Origin: Planctomycetota bacterium | GTDB lineage: Bacteria > Planctomycetota > UBA1135 > UBA2386 | Assembly: GCA_046290465.1 (NCBI GenBank) | Contig: JBKAGP010000001.1 | Coordinates: 3,632,270 to 3,696,269, forward strand | Length of the DNA stretch: 64,000 bases | Direction of reading: 5' to 3' | Shown here: positions 1 through 11,053 of the stretch, piece after piece | Layout of the letters: the number at the start of each line of letters is the position of its first letter | How positions within the stretch are numbered: position 1 is the first letter of the stretch | The notes under the pieces: generated by a model | The model's input: only the letters and a program-made list of their open reading frames with translations | What the model was told of the DNA's origin: nothing | Databases searched by the model: none | Position numbers and translations under genes: made by a program

Positions 1-1
1 C

Positions 2-694
2 GCGGCCGACGCGACCCCGACGGCGCTGGTGCTGAAGGCGTCCTCGGGCGGCGTCACCGGCACCGCGCGCGTGCGCGTCGTGCCGAGCGCGCCCTACACC
101 GACGACCTCGAGGACGTCGCGCTGCAGCCGCACCCGAAGGAGGATGGCGTGAACTTCGCGTTCCCGCGGGCGCACTGGATCAGCGCCAGGCTCAAGTGGG
201 AGGTGCGCGAACGCGACGGCAACAAGGTGCTCGCGCGCACGCTCGACCAGCCGCTGTTCCAGCGCACGATCTCGATGATCGGCGCGCCCGACATGGCCAA
301 CTACACCATGCAGGTCGACGTGATGACCGACGGCAACCGCCGCATCATGTCGACGCCGGGAATGGTCAACCAGCGCTACCTGATCCTGCTCAAGGGCAAC
401 CACCAGGCGCTCGAGATCACCTCCAACGAGGAGCTGCTGAAGGAGCGCGTCAAGTTCCGCTGGAAGCCCAAGGTCTGGTACCGGATGAAGAGCCGGGTCG
501 ACGTCGCGCCCGACGGCAGCGGCGTCGTGCGCGCCAAGGCCTGGCAACGCGACGAGCCCGAGCCGGACGGCTGGCTGCTGGAGGTCGAGGTGCCGCGCGC
601 CAATCGCAGCGGCTCCCCCGGCATCTACGGCTTCACCCCCCAGAGCCGCTTCCGCTGCTACGTCGACAACATCGTGGTGACCCCCAATGACTGA
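2..694 (+). CDS. hypothetical protein, C-terminal fragment (gene begins upstream of the window); possible jelly-roll/DUF1080-like domain
   Basis: Frame is open from nt 2 with no upstream stop and ends TGA 692-694. The stop overlaps the ATG of the next gene. Domain guess rests on weak motif resemblance only. Confidence 0.55.
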   Translation, partial: AADATPTALVLKASSGGVTGTARVRVVPSAPYTDDLEDVALQPHPKEDGVNFAFPRAHWISARLKWEVRERDGNKVLARTLDQPLFQRTISMIGAPDMANYTMQVDVMTDGNRRIMSTPGMVNQRYLILLKGNHQALEITSNEELLKERVKFRWKPKVWYRMKSRVDVAPDGSGVVRAKAWQRDEPEPDGWLLEVEVPRANRSGSPGIYGFTPQSRFRCYVDNIVVTPND

Positions 695-2252
695 TCTGAC
701 CCTGCGTGGCGTCGCGGCGCTGCTGATCGCCCCCGCCCTCCTCTCCTCGCTCGCGTCGGCCCAGGACTGGCCGATGTGGGGCCGCAACGCGACCCGCAAC
801 ATGGTCGCCGACGTCAAGGGACTGCCGCTCGACATCGTGCCCGGCGAGTTCGCCGACGACAGCGAGGACATCGACATCACGACGTCCAAGAACGTCAAGT
901 GGATCGCCAAGCTCGGCTCGCAGAGCTACGGCAACCCGACCGTCGCCGACGGCCGCGTCTACGTCGGCACCAACAACGACGTGCCGCGCGACGACCGCTT
1001 CCAGGGCGACCGCAGCTGCGTCTACTGCCTCGACGAGAAGACCGGCGAGCTGATCTGGCAGCTCAACGTTCCCAAGCTCGGCACCGGCAAGGTCAGCGAC
1101 TGGGAGTTCCTCGGCATCTGCAGTTCGCCCTGCGTCGACGGCGATCGCGTCTACCTGGTGACCAACCGCTGCGAGGTCATGTGCGTCGACGTCAACGGCT
1201 TCAAGGACGGCAACCAGGGCTTCCAGGACGAGGCCAAGTACTACGCCGACAACGGCAAGCCACCGGTCAAGGTCAACGAGAAGACCGACGCCGACATCAT
1301 CTGGAAGATGAACATGATCGACGAGTGCGGCGTGTTCCCGCACAACATCACCAGCTGCTCGGTGATGGTCGTTGGCGACCAGATCTGGACCTCGACGTCC
1401 AACGGCGTCGACTACGGCCACGTCGAGACGCCGGCCCCGAACGCGCCGTCGCTGATCGTCGTCGACAAGAAGACCGGCAAGCTGATCGGCGAGGAGGCCT
1501 CGGGCCTCAGCCAGAACATCTTCCACAGCAACTGGTCGTCGCCCGCCTACCTGAAGGCCGATGACACCGAGCTGGTGATCTTCGGCGGCCCGGACGGCGT
1601 GCTCTACGCGTTCGATCCGAAGCCGGTGAAGGACGAGGACGGCTTCCTGGTGCTGAAGGAGGCGTGGAAGTACGACTGCAACCCGAAGGCCTACCGCGTC
1701 AAGGAGGACGGTTCGCCGCGCAAGTACGCGACCGCCAAGGGACCGAGCGAGGTGCTGGCGACGCCGGTCGTCTACGACGGCCACGCCTACGCCCTGATCG
1801 GCCAGGACCCGGAGCACGGCGAAGGTGTCGGCAACCTCGTCTGCCTCGACCGCAACGGCAAGCAGGTCTGGTCGTTCGGCGAGATCCACCGCTCGATCTC
1901 GACGCTGTCGATCACCGACGGCCTGGTGTTCGCCGCCGACTACTCGGGCTACCTCTACTGCATCGACGCCAAGACCGGCGAGAAGTGCTGGCAGTACGAC
2001 ACCAGCGCGCACATCTGGGGCTCGACGCTGGTCGCCGACGGCCGCGTCTACGTCGGCATCGAGGACGGCTTCCTGGTCAGCGCGCCGGCGACGCGCGCGT
2101 TCGACAAGAAGAACGTCAAGGAGATCGACTTCGCGGTCCCGATCTACAGCTCGCCGATCGCGGCGAACGGCGTGCTCTACATCGCGACCCACACCCACCT
2201 GTTCGCCATCGCCAAGGGCGCCGGCGCGGCCGGGGACGACGGCGGCAAGTGA
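687..2252 (+). CDS. PQQ-like beta-propeller repeat protein (BamB-like family), secreted
   Basis: Signal peptide MTDLTLRGVAALLIAPALL..AQD followed by W-P-M-W-G-R-N motif. Repeated blades of the form G.VY.G..DG.LY..D..TGE..W. Confidence 0.8.
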   Translation: MTDLTLRGVAALLIAPALLSSLASAQDWPMWGRNATRNMVADVKGLPLDIVPGEFADDSEDIDITTSKNVKWIAKLGSQSYGNPTVADGRVYVGTNNDVPRDDRFQGDRSCVYCLDEKTGELIWQLNVPKLGTGKVSDWEFLGICSSPCVDGDRVYLVTNRCEVMCVDVNGFKDGNQGFQDEAKYYADNGKPPVKVNEKTDADIIWKMNMIDECGVFPHNITSCSVMVVGDQIWTSTSNGVDYGHVETPAPNAPSLIVVDKKTGKLIGEEASGLSQNIFHSNWSSPAYLKADDTELVIFGGPDGVLYAFDPKPVKDEDGFLVLKEAWKYDCNPKAYRVKEDGSPRKYATAKGPSEVLATPVVYDGHAYALIGQDPEHGEGVGNLVCLDRNGKQVWSFGEIHRSISTLSITDGLVFAADYSGYLYCIDAKTGEKCWQYDTSAHIWGSTLVADGRVYVGIEDGFLVSAPATRAFDKKNVKEIDFAVPIYSSPIAANGVLYIATHTHLFAIAKGAGAAGDDGGK

Positions 2253-2259
2253 GCCACGC

Positions 2260-2502
2260 ATGACCCGAAAGCTCTCGAGCGGCGGCAAGTTCGCGTGGGG
2301 CCTCGTCGTCCTGCTCGCGATCCTGCACTACGACTTCTGGTTCTGGGGCGACCGCAGCGTCGCGTTCGGCTTCCTGCCGGTCGGCCTGCTGTTCCAGGCG
2401 CTGATCTCGCTCGGGGCCGCCATCGCCTGGGCGCTGGTCGTCCGGTTCGCGTGGCCGACGCACATCGAGGAGTGGGCCGACCGGCCCGTTGACGACGAAT
2501 GA
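2260..2502 (+). CDS. DUF3311-like small membrane protein (accessory subunit commonly found upstream of SSS transporters)
   Basis: 80 aa with two hydrophobic helices (LVVLLAILHYDFWFWG, LLFQALISLGAAIAWALV). ATG at 2260 lies in frame with ORF 1825..2502; only the 3' 80 codons look genuine. Its stop overlaps the ATG of the symporter (ATGA). Confidence 0.55.
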   Translation: MTRKLSSGGKFAWGLVVLLAILHYDFWFWGDRSVAFGFLPVGLLFQALISLGAAIAWALVVRFAWPTHIEEWADRPVDDE

Positions 2503-4031
2503 TCTCGGCACTCCTGCAAGGCCCGCCGCAGAGCACCACCCCGCTCTACGTCGTCGGCGTCTACCTGCTGCTGCTGCTCGCGTTCAGCATCCTCAACAGC
2601 CGGCGCGCGCGCGGCTCGGCCGGCGAGTACTTCGTCGCCAGCCGCTCGATCGGACCGTTCCTGCTGCTGATGAGCGTGTTCGGCACGACGATGACCGCGT
2701 TCGCGCTCGTCGGCTCGACCGGCAAGGCCTACGACAGCGGCATCGGTGTCTACGGGCTGATGGCGTCGGCGTCCGGCATCATCCACTCGCTGGTGTTCTT
2801 CCTGGTCGGCATCCGGCTGTGGGCCATCGGCAAGCGCTTCAACTACGTCACCCAGATCCAGTTCTTCCGCGGCCGCTTCCAGTCGAACCTGCTCGGCTAC
2901 CTGCTGTTCCCGGTGCTGGTCGGGCTGGTGATCCCGTACCTGCTGATCGGGATCGTCGGCGCCGGCGCGGTCGTCAAGGGCATCTCCGGCGTGCCGACCT
3001 GGCTGACCGGACTGGTCGTCTGCGGGGTCGTGCTGGCCTACATCCTGACCGGCGGCGTGCGCGCCGCGGCGCTCGCCAACGCGGTGCAGACGATCGTGTT
3101 CATGGCGGTCGGCCTGCTCGCGTTCGTGCTGATCTCGGGCTCGCTCGGCGGCGTCGAGCAGGCCACCCAGAACGCGGCCGACAACACCCCGGAGCTGCTC
3201 GCCCGCGAAGGCAAGATCGGCCACCTGCAGTTCTTGAGCTACTGCTTCGTGCCGCTCTCGGTCGGCATGTTCCCGCACCTGTTCCAGCACTGGCTGACGG
3301 CGCGCAGCGCCAAGACGTTCCGCACCACGGTCATCGCGCACCCGATCTTCATCATGATCGTCTGGGTGCCGTGCGTGCTGATCGGCGTCTGGGCGGCCGG
3401 CGCCGGCATCGAGGCGCCCGGCGGCAACTCCAACGCGGTGCTGGCCAAGATGGTCGGCATGCAGCTGAAGAACCCCTGGATCAGCGGCCTGCTGATGGCC
3501 GGCATCCTGGCCGCGATCATGTCGTCGCTCGATTCGCAGTTCGTCTGCCTCGGCACGATCTTCACCCACGACATCGTCGTGCACGTGACCGGCGATCGCT
3601 TCGACGAGGCCCAGCGGGTGCGCCTCGGCCGGTTCTTCATCGTCGCGATCGTCGCGCTGACCTACGTGCTGTCGCTGTTCCCGCCGCCCAACGTGTTCGA
3701 TCTGGCGGTGTGGTGCTTCAGCGGCTTCGCCAGCCTGTTCCCGCTGGTCGTCGCGGCCGTCTACTGGCGTCGCGCGACCGCGAAGGGCGCCATCGCGTCG
3801 GTGCTGGTCGCCGGCGGCACCTGGGCGGTGCTGTTCTACGACGGCCTGCTGGCGCCGACGCTCGCGGGCGAACGCGCCGGCGAGGACTACCTGATCGGCG
3901 GCATGATGCCGGTCACGGTGATGATCGCCGCCTCGGCGGTGACGCTGGTCGTCGTCAGCCTGATGACGCAGCCGCCCTCGGCCGCAACCGTGGCCCGCTT
4001 CTTCGACGAAGACCCGGCCGCCGTATCCTGA
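2499..4031 (+). CDS. sodium:solute symporter (SSS) family transporter
   Basis: 510 aa polytopic membrane protein with SSS-like N-terminus (YFVASRSIGPFLL..GTTMTAFALVGSTGKAY). About 13 hydrophobic segments. Confidence 0.85.
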   Translation: MISALLQGPPQSTTPLYVVGVYLLLLLAFSILNSRRARGSAGEYFVASRSIGPFLLLMSVFGTTMTAFALVGSTGKAYDSGIGVYGLMASASGIIHSLVFFLVGIRLWAIGKRFNYVTQIQFFRGRFQSNLLGYLLFPVLVGLVIPYLLIGIVGAGAVVKGISGVPTWLTGLVVCGVVLAYILTGGVRAAALANAVQTIVFMAVGLLAFVLISGSLGGVEQATQNAADNTPELLAREGKIGHLQFLSYCFVPLSVGMFPHLFQHWLTARSAKTFRTTVIAHPIFIMIVWVPCVLIGVWAAGAGIEAPGGNSNAVLAKMVGMQLKNPWISGLLMAGILAAIMSSLDSQFVCLGTIFTHDIVVHVTGDRFDEAQRVRLGRFFIVAIVALTYVLSLFPPPNVFDLAVWCFSGFASLFPLVVAAVYWRRATAKGAIASVLVAGGTWAVLFYDGLLAPTLAGERAGEDYLIGGMMPVTVMIAASAVTLVVVSLMTQPPSAATVARFFDEDPAAVS

Positions 4032-4041
4032 CCCCGACGCC

Positions 4042-5090
<1,049 letters not shown>

Positions 5091-5094
<4 letters not shown>

Positions 5095-6530
5095 GCGCTC
5101 CCCACATCCCGGTGCTGCGGCACGGCGTCGAGTACGAGAGCCTCGACCAGAGCGAGCTGACCGGCATCGGCAGCAACGAGGTGCTGGCGCGCATCAGCCA
5201 GACCAACGCCGGCATGATCAAGCGCGACCTGCGCCGCGCCGACGACGCCGCCAAGAAGCTGCGCGCGCTCAGCAGCGCGCGCCTGCTCGAGATCTGCAAG
5301 CAGGCCGGCAAGCTGTTCCTCGAAGGCGACCTGCCGCTCAACGAGCAGGGTGACACGCAGACCGCCGGCCAATACGTCGCGACGCTCAGCCGCACCAGCG
5401 GGCTGCCGCACGTGCTCGTGCGGCGCAACATGCAGAAGGTCTTCACCGTGCTCGACGGCATGGCGGACATCCTGCGCGGGCTGATGCGCGGCATGGACCC
5501 GGCGGTCGTCGAGACCGGCTTCGGCGAGCACTGCGGCGTGCCGGTCTACTACGCACCGACGACGTCGACCCTCGGCGTCGTGCTGCCGAGCAACTCGCCC
5601 GGCGTCAACTCGATCTGGATCCCGTCGCTGGCGCTCGGCGTGCCGGTCGTGCTCAAGCCCGGCCGCGAGGAGCCGTGGACGCCGCTGCGGATCATGCAGG
5701 CGCTGATCGCCGCCGGCTGCCCGCGCGAGGCGTTCTGCTTCTACCCGACCGACCACGAAGGCTCGTCGGTGATCCTCGACCGCTGCGGCCGCGTGCTGCT
5801 GTTCGGCGACGAGGCCGTGACCAAGGCCTGGTCGCACGACGAGCGCGTGCAGATCCACGGCCCGGGCCGCAGCAAGGTGATCCTCGGCCCGGACGTGGTC
5901 GACGACTGGCGCAGCTTCCTGCCGGTGCTGGCGGCGTCGGTCGCCGACAACGGCGGCCGCAGCTGCATCAACGCCTCGTCGATCTTCGTGCCGGCGCACG
6001 GCCGCGAGATCGCCGAAGCGCTGGCCACCGAGCTGGCGTCGCGCGCGCCGAAGCCGGCCGACGACGACGGCGCGGTGCTGTCGGCGTTCGCCAACCGCAA
6101 GTTCGCCGAGTTCATCGACGCCAAGATCGACGAGGACGTCGCGGCCGGCGGCGCCGAGGACGTCAGCAGCCGGCACCGGGGTGGCCCGCGCCGACGCGAC
6201 ATCGACGGCGCGCCCTACCTGCTGCCGACCGTCGTGCACTGCGACAGCGTCGAGCACCCGCTGGCGCGCACCGAGTTCCTGTTCCCGTTCACCAGCGTGG
6301 TCGAGGTCGCGCCCGAACGGCTGGTCGCCGACATGGGCCCGAGCCTGGTGGTCACGGCGATCACCCGCGACCAGGCGCTGATCGACGAACTGAAGCGCTC
6401 CGACCACGTCGACCGCCTCAACCTCGGCCCGGTGCCGACCTCGCACGTCGAGTGGGACCAGCCGCACGAGGGCAACCTGTTCGAGTTCCTGTACGAACGC
6501 CGCGCGATCCAGCGGGCGACCGACTGGTAG
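5091..6530 (+). CDS. acyl-CoA reductase (LuxC-like), aldehyde dehydrogenase superfamily
   Basis: About 479 aa. ALDH-type catalytic-Cys context DNGGRSCINASSIFVP. Start is probably TTG 5091 overlapping the previous stop (TTGA) or GTG 5112. The upstream 5' part of ORF 4242..6530 is rejected. Confidence 0.6.
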
Positions 6531-7673
6531 ATGCAAGCGCGCACGTTCGAGCTGCCGACGAAGGTCGTGCTCGGCGCGGGCGCGCTGGGCGAGGTGCCGA
6601 CGCTGGTCGGCGACCGCGTGTTCGTGGTCACCGACCCGGGCATCGTCGCGGCCGGCCACTGCGAACGTCTCGAACGGCTGCTGGCCGACGCCGGCATCGA
6701 GGTCCACCGCTACCAGGACGTGCAGCCGAATCCGGACGAGCACGCGGTCGCGGCGTGCCTCGCCGCGTTCGAGCGGGCGGGTGACGGGATCGAGTGGATC
6801 GTCGCGCTCGGTGGCGGCAGCGCCATCGACGTCGCCAAGGGCTGCGCGATGCTCGCCTGCGGCGGCGGCCGCATGGCCGACTACCTCGGCCGCGCCCGCA
6901 TCGACGTGACCTCCCCGCGCCTGATCGCGATCCCGACCACCGCAGGCACCGGCAGCGAGACGCAGTCGTTCGCGCTGATCGGCAACCGCGACACCGGCCA
7001 GAAGATGGCGTGCGGCGGCAGCGCGCCGTTCGCGACCGTGCTCGACCCCGAGCTGACCGTGAGCATGCCAGCGCCGGTGACCGCGTGCACCGGCCTCGAC
7101 ACGCTGGCCCACGCGGTCGAAGCCGCGGTCAGCCGCCGCAGTACGCCGTGGTCGGCGACGTTCGCGCGCGAGGCGTTCCGGCTGGTCGAACGCCACTTCG
7201 AACGCGTGCTCGGCCAGCCCGACGACCTCGACGCGCGCGCTGCGATGCTGCACGCGTCGGCGCTGGCCGGCATCGCGATCGAGAACGGCATGCTCGGCGC
7301 CGCGCACTCGATGGCCAATCCGCTGACCCGGCGCTTCGACACCGCCCACGGCCAGGCGGTCGGCCAGGCGCTGCCGGCGGTCGTCGCGTACAACGCCGGC
7401 GACCCGTCCGCGCGCATCGGCTACGCCGACCTCGCGCGCGGGTCCGCCCTGGTCACCAACGATGCAGACGACGGCGTCGCCGTCGACGCGCTGCTGCGCC
7501 GGCTGCGCACGCTGGTCGAACGCGCCGGCTTCGGCCCGCACATTCCGGGCGTGCCGTCGGCCGCCGCCGACGAGCTCGCTGCCGAAGCCGCCACCCAATG
7601 GACCGCGCAGTTCAACCCGCGCGACGTCGACGTCGCCGCGTTCGCCGGGCTCTACCGGGAGGTGCTCGCGTGA
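6531..7673 (+). CDS. iron-containing alcohol dehydrogenase (Fe-ADH family)
   Basis: GGGSAIDVAKG glycine motif and metal-binding His cluster (HAVEAAV.., HSMANPL). ATG lies immediately after the TAG of the upstream gene. Confidence 0.85.
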   Translation: MQARTFELPTKVVLGAGALGEVPTLVGDRVFVVTDPGIVAAGHCERLERLLADAGIEVHRYQDVQPNPDEHAVAACLAAFERAGDGIEWIVALGGGSAIDVAKGCAMLACGGGRMADYLGRARIDVTSPRLIAIPTTAGTGSETQSFALIGNRDTGQKMACGGSAPFATVLDPELTVSMPAPVTACTGLDTLAHAVEAAVSRRSTPWSATFAREAFRLVERHFERVLGQPDDLDARAAMLHASALAGIAIENGMLGAAHSMANPLTRRFDTAHGQAVGQALPAVVAYNAGDPSARIGYADLARGSALVTNDADDGVAVDALLRRLRTLVERAGFGPHIPGVPSAAADELAAEAATQWTAQFNPRDVDVAAFAGLYREVLA

Positions 7674-9703
7674 GGATCCTGCCGTTCGTCACCGTGCTGG
7701 TGCTCGCCGGCACCGCGCTGGTCGCCCAGCGCATGCGGCTCGACGCCTCGGGTGCGTTCTTCACCAGCAACCCGGCCAGCACCGCCGAAGAGCGACCGCT
7801 GGTGACGTTCGATGCCGGCGCCATCACGCCGTCGATGCTCGCCGATTTCGGCGGCGCGCGGACCGGGCCGCGCATCCTCGAGAACCTCGCGTTCGCGATG
7901 GCCCTGGCGCGCGAATGCGAGGCCCGCGGGCTCGCCCGCAGCGCCCCGACCCTGGCCCGCTCCGAGGTCGCGCAGCAGACCGTCGGCGACCAGCCGTTCG
8001 ATCCGGAGACCCGTGCCCGCCTCGCGACCGAGGCCCTGCGCGACCTGCGCATGGTCGCGCTGATCGGCGAACAGCGCGCCAGGGACGAGGACGCGCTGCG
8101 CGAGCTGTTCGAGCACCGATACGGCAAGGGCGGCGTGCGCGTGCGGGTCCGCCACGTGCTCAGCACCGACCGGATGTCGGCGCCGCAGACGGCCGGCGAG
8201 CGAGCCGCGGCGCTGCGCGCCACGCTGCAGACCGGCGCGACCTTCGACGACCTGCTGGCGAAGTCGCACGACCGCGTCACCCGCCGGCTGCTGCGCGATC
8301 CGCAGCGCCGCGCCGAGGCCGGCCTGCTGCCCAACTACAACTACCATCGCTACGGCGAGGCGTTCGCCCGAGCGGTGCGCGCGCTCGAGGTCGGCGAGGT
8401 CTCGCAACCGGTCTCGTCGTCGGTCGGCGTGCACCTGATCGAACTGCTCGACCGCACCACGACGCAGCTCGCAGACGTGCGCACCGAGCTGGTCCGACAG
8501 CTCGCCGGCGGCAAGGCGCGCAGCGCCGAGATCCTGCAGCTGCGCCAGCGCCTGCTCGCCAAGTACGGCTACCAGGCGCCTGCCGCCGTCGCCCGCAAGC
8601 GCACCCCCGTCGCGGACCTCGGTCCGCCGCCGTCGACCGAGTGGCCGCACTATCGCGGCAACCCGCAGCTGCACGGTGTCTCGGCGGCACGACTCGGCGA
8701 CCAGCCGACGCTCGCGTGGCGGTTCGACACCGCCGGCGACATCCTGTCGTCGCCGGTGATCGCCAACGGCCTGGTCTACATCGGTTCGACCGACAACTTC
8801 GTCTATGCGATCGACCTGAAGACCGGCGAGCAGCGCTGGAAGTTCGAGACCAAGGACATGGTCGAGGCGCCGCCGCTGGTCGTCGACGGCCGCGTGTTCG
8901 TCGGTTCGTCGGACTTCTTCTTCTACGCGCTCGACGCCGCCGGCGGCGGGCTGCTGTGGAAGTACGAGACCCAGGACCGGATCCTCGGCGGCGCCAACTG
9001 GTTCCGCAGCCAGAACGGCAAGACGCGCGTGCTGGTCGGCAGCTACGACGCCAACGTCTACTGCTTCGACGTGCACGGCGGCGATCCGCTGTGGACCTAC
9101 GCGACCGACAACTACGTCAACGGCTCGCCGGCGATCGCCGGCCGCGAGACGCTGTTCGGCGGCTGCGACGCCGCGCTGCACCTGGTCGACCTCGAGAGCG
9201 GCGAACGCGTCGCCAAGGTCGAGCTCGGTGAGGGCTGCCAGGTCGCCGGCTCGGTCGCGCTGCTCGGCGACCGCGCCTACTTCGGCCACTACGGCAACGA
9301 GTTCCTGCGCGTCAACCTCGACGACGGCAAGGCCGAGTGGCGCTACGCGAGCAAGCGGCAGGGCTTCTGCTCGTCGCCGGCGGTCGGCGAGAAGTACGTC
9401 GTGTTCGGCGGCCGCGATCGCCACCTGCACTGCGCGCTGCGCGCCGACGGCACCCCGCAGTGGCAGTTCCGCACCAGGCGCAAGGTTGACGCGTCGCCGG
9501 TGATCTGCGGCGACAAGGTCGTGTTCGGTTCGGGCGACGGCCGCCTCTACGTGCTGCGGCTCGCGACCGGCGAGAAGGTCTGGAGCTACGACATCGGCAA
9601 GCCGATCTACTCGTCGCCGGCGGTCGTCGACGACATGATCGTGGTCGGCGCCGGCGACCAGCGCGTCTACGCGTTCCGCGCTCCCGCAGGAGGCGGCAGG
9701 TAG
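7670..9703 (+). CDS. fusion protein: N-terminal PpiC/parvulin-type peptidyl-prolyl isomerase domain plus C-terminal PQQ-like beta-propeller
   Basis: GTG 7670 overlaps the upstream stop (GTGA) and is preceded by a hydrophobic N-terminus (VRILPFVTVLVLAG). Parvulin-like block VRVRHVLS..TFDDLLAKSHD..GEVSQPVSSSVGVHLIEL. WPHYRGNPQLHG plus blades follow from about residue 330. Confidence 0.7.
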   Translation: MRILPFVTVLVLAGTALVAQRMRLDASGAFFTSNPASTAEERPLVTFDAGAITPSMLADFGGARTGPRILENLAFAMALARECEARGLARSAPTLARSEVAQQTVGDQPFDPETRARLATEALRDLRMVALIGEQRARDEDALRELFEHRYGKGGVRVRVRHVLSTDRMSAPQTAGERAAALRATLQTGATFDDLLAKSHDRVTRRLLRDPQRRAEAGLLPNYNYHRYGEAFARAVRALEVGEVSQPVSSSVGVHLIELLDRTTTQLADVRTELVRQLAGGKARSAEILQLRQRLLAKYGYQAPAAVARKRTPVADLGPPPSTEWPHYRGNPQLHGVSAARLGDQPTLAWRFDTAGDILSSPVIANGLVYIGSTDNFVYAIDLKTGEQRWKFETKDMVEAPPLVVDGRVFVGSSDFFFYALDAAGGGLLWKYETQDRILGGANWFRSQNGKTRVLVGSYDANVYCFDVHGGDPLWTYATDNYVNGSPAIAGRETLFGGCDAALHLVDLESGERVAKVELGEGCQVAGSVALLGDRAYFGHYGNEFLRVNLDDGKAEWRYASKRQGFCSSPAVGEKYVVFGGRDRHLHCALRADGTPQWQFRTRRKVDASPVICGDKVVFGSGDGRLYVLRLATGEKVWSYDIGKPIYSSPAVVDDMIVVGAGDQRVYAFRAPAGGGR

Positions 9704-9707
9704 CGCG

Positions 9708-11012
9708 ATGCGCCTGATGCTGCTGACGCCGGGCACCGGCCACTTCTTCTGCGGCAGCTGCCTGCGCGACGACGCGCTCGGCAACGCGCTGCGACAGCAG
9801 GGACACGATGCCACCAACGTGCCGCTCTACCTGCCGATGGTGCTCGAGCGTCCCGACGACCATCCGGTCCCGGTGCACATGGGCGGGATCAACGTCTACC
9901 TGCAGCAGAAGGCGCGCATGTTCCGCCATCTGCCGCGCTTCGTCGCCAACTGGCTCGACAGCCCCAGGCTGCTGCGCTGGGTGGCGAGCCGCAGCAGCAT
10001 GACCGACGCCAGCGACCTCGGCGCGATGACCGTGTCGATCCTGCGCGGCGAGTGCGGCAAGCAGGAGAAGGAGATCGACAAGCTGGTGGCGTGGATCGGC
10101 ACACAGCCGCGCCCCGACGTCGTCATCGTCTCCAACGCGATGCTGACCGGCGTCGTGCGGCGCCTGCGCGACGCCCTCGGCGTGCCGGTGATGGTGACGC
10201 TGCAGGGCGAGGCGCCGTTCTTGGACGCGCTGCCGCCGCAGGACCGCGACGCGGCGTGGCAGACGCTGCGCGAACGCGCCGGCGAGGTCGACGCGCTGGT
10301 CGCCGTCAGCGCCGACTACCGCGACGAGATGCAGGCGCGCCTGCAGGTCGACCCCGACCGGCTGCACGTGGTGCACAACGGCATCGACCTGAGCGGCTTC
10401 GACGACGAGGCCGCACCGCCGTCCGGACGCACGCCGCCGACGATCGGCTACCTGGCGCGCATGTGCCGCGACAAGGGCCTCGACACGCTGGTCGACGCGT
10501 TCGTCCGCCTGCGCTCCGACGCGCGCTTCCCGCAGCTGCGCCTGCGCGTCGCCGGGGTGCAGCTCGCCGAGGATCGCGCCTACGTCGAGCAACTGCAGCA
10601 GCGGCTGCAGGCCGCTGGCTGCCTCGACGACGCCGAGTTCCTGCCGAACATCGACCGCGCGCAGAAGCTGACGTTCTTGCGTTCGCTGACGGTGATGTCG
10701 GTGCCGGCGCGCTACGGCGAGTCGTTCGGCCTCTACCTGCTCGAGGCGATGGCGGCCGGCGTGCCGGTCGTGCAGCCGCGCCACGCGGCGTTCCCCGAGG
10801 TGCTCGACGCGACCGGCGGCGGCCTGCTGTGCGAACCGGAGGACCCGGCGTCGCTCGCTGCGGGCCTCGCCGAAGTGCTGTCCGACCCGCAGCACGCCGA
10901 CCGGCTCGGCAGCCGCGGCCGCGAGGCCGTGCGCGAGCGCTTCACGTCCGCCCACATGGCTGCCAACGTCACCCGCATCTGCGAAGCCCTCGCAGCCGCC
11001 CGCTCGACCTGA
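9708..11012 (+). CDS. glycosyltransferase family 4 (GT-B, RfaB-like)
   Basis: N-terminus MRLMLLTPGTGHFFCGSCLRD. C-terminal GT4 signature E.FGL..LEAMAAGVPVV. Confidence 0.8.
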   Translation: MRLMLLTPGTGHFFCGSCLRDDALGNALRQQGHDATNVPLYLPMVLERPDDHPVPVHMGGINVYLQQKARMFRHLPRFVANWLDSPRLLRWVASRSSMTDASDLGAMTVSILRGECGKQEKEIDKLVAWIGTQPRPDVVIVSNAMLTGVVRRLRDALGVPVMVTLQGEAPFLDALPPQDRDAAWQTLRERAGEVDALVAVSADYRDEMQARLQVDPDRLHVVHNGIDLSGFDDEAAPPSGRTPPTIGYLARMCRDKGLDTLVDAFVRLRSDARFPQLRLRVAGVQLAEDRAYVEQLQQRLQAAGCLDDAEFLPNIDRAQKLTFLRSLTVMSVPARYGESFGLYLLEAMAAGVPVVQPRHAAFPEVLDATGGGLLCEPEDPASLAAGLAEVLSDPQHADRLGSRGREAVRERFTSAHMAANVTRICEALAAARST

Positions 11013-11053
11013 GCGAACTTGCGCCCAATCCCGACCGCACCGAGACTCCCCCC

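Noticed and set aside
633-2288. 551-aa minus-strand ORF antisense to the first beta-propeller gene. Similar long antisense or alternative-frame ORFs occur at 2328..4253(-), 5088..7598(-), 7652..9817(-), 9312..10955(-), 11502..13550(-), 15612..17531(-), 20231..23566(-), 23137..24846(-), 25293..27185(-), 26773..28314(-), 28825..30627(+), 31133..33550(-), 35157..37070(-), 42219..43991(+) and 57609..58826(+).
   Set aside because: These are typical stop-codon-poor shadow frames of a ~70% GC genome. Their translations are Arg/Ala/Gly/Pro-dominated low-complexity strings with no motifs, and each overlaps a gene with clear domain signatures on the other strand or frame.
6794-9703. 969-aa version of the PpiC-propeller gene. 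Likewise the 508-aa ORF 10052..11578 and the 395-aa ORF 11095..12282.
   Set aside because: The N-terminal extensions are shadow frames over upstream genes. Starts were trimmed to GTG 7670, ATG 11054 and ATG 11575, where hydrophobic N-termini begin and where the stops of upstream genes overlap.
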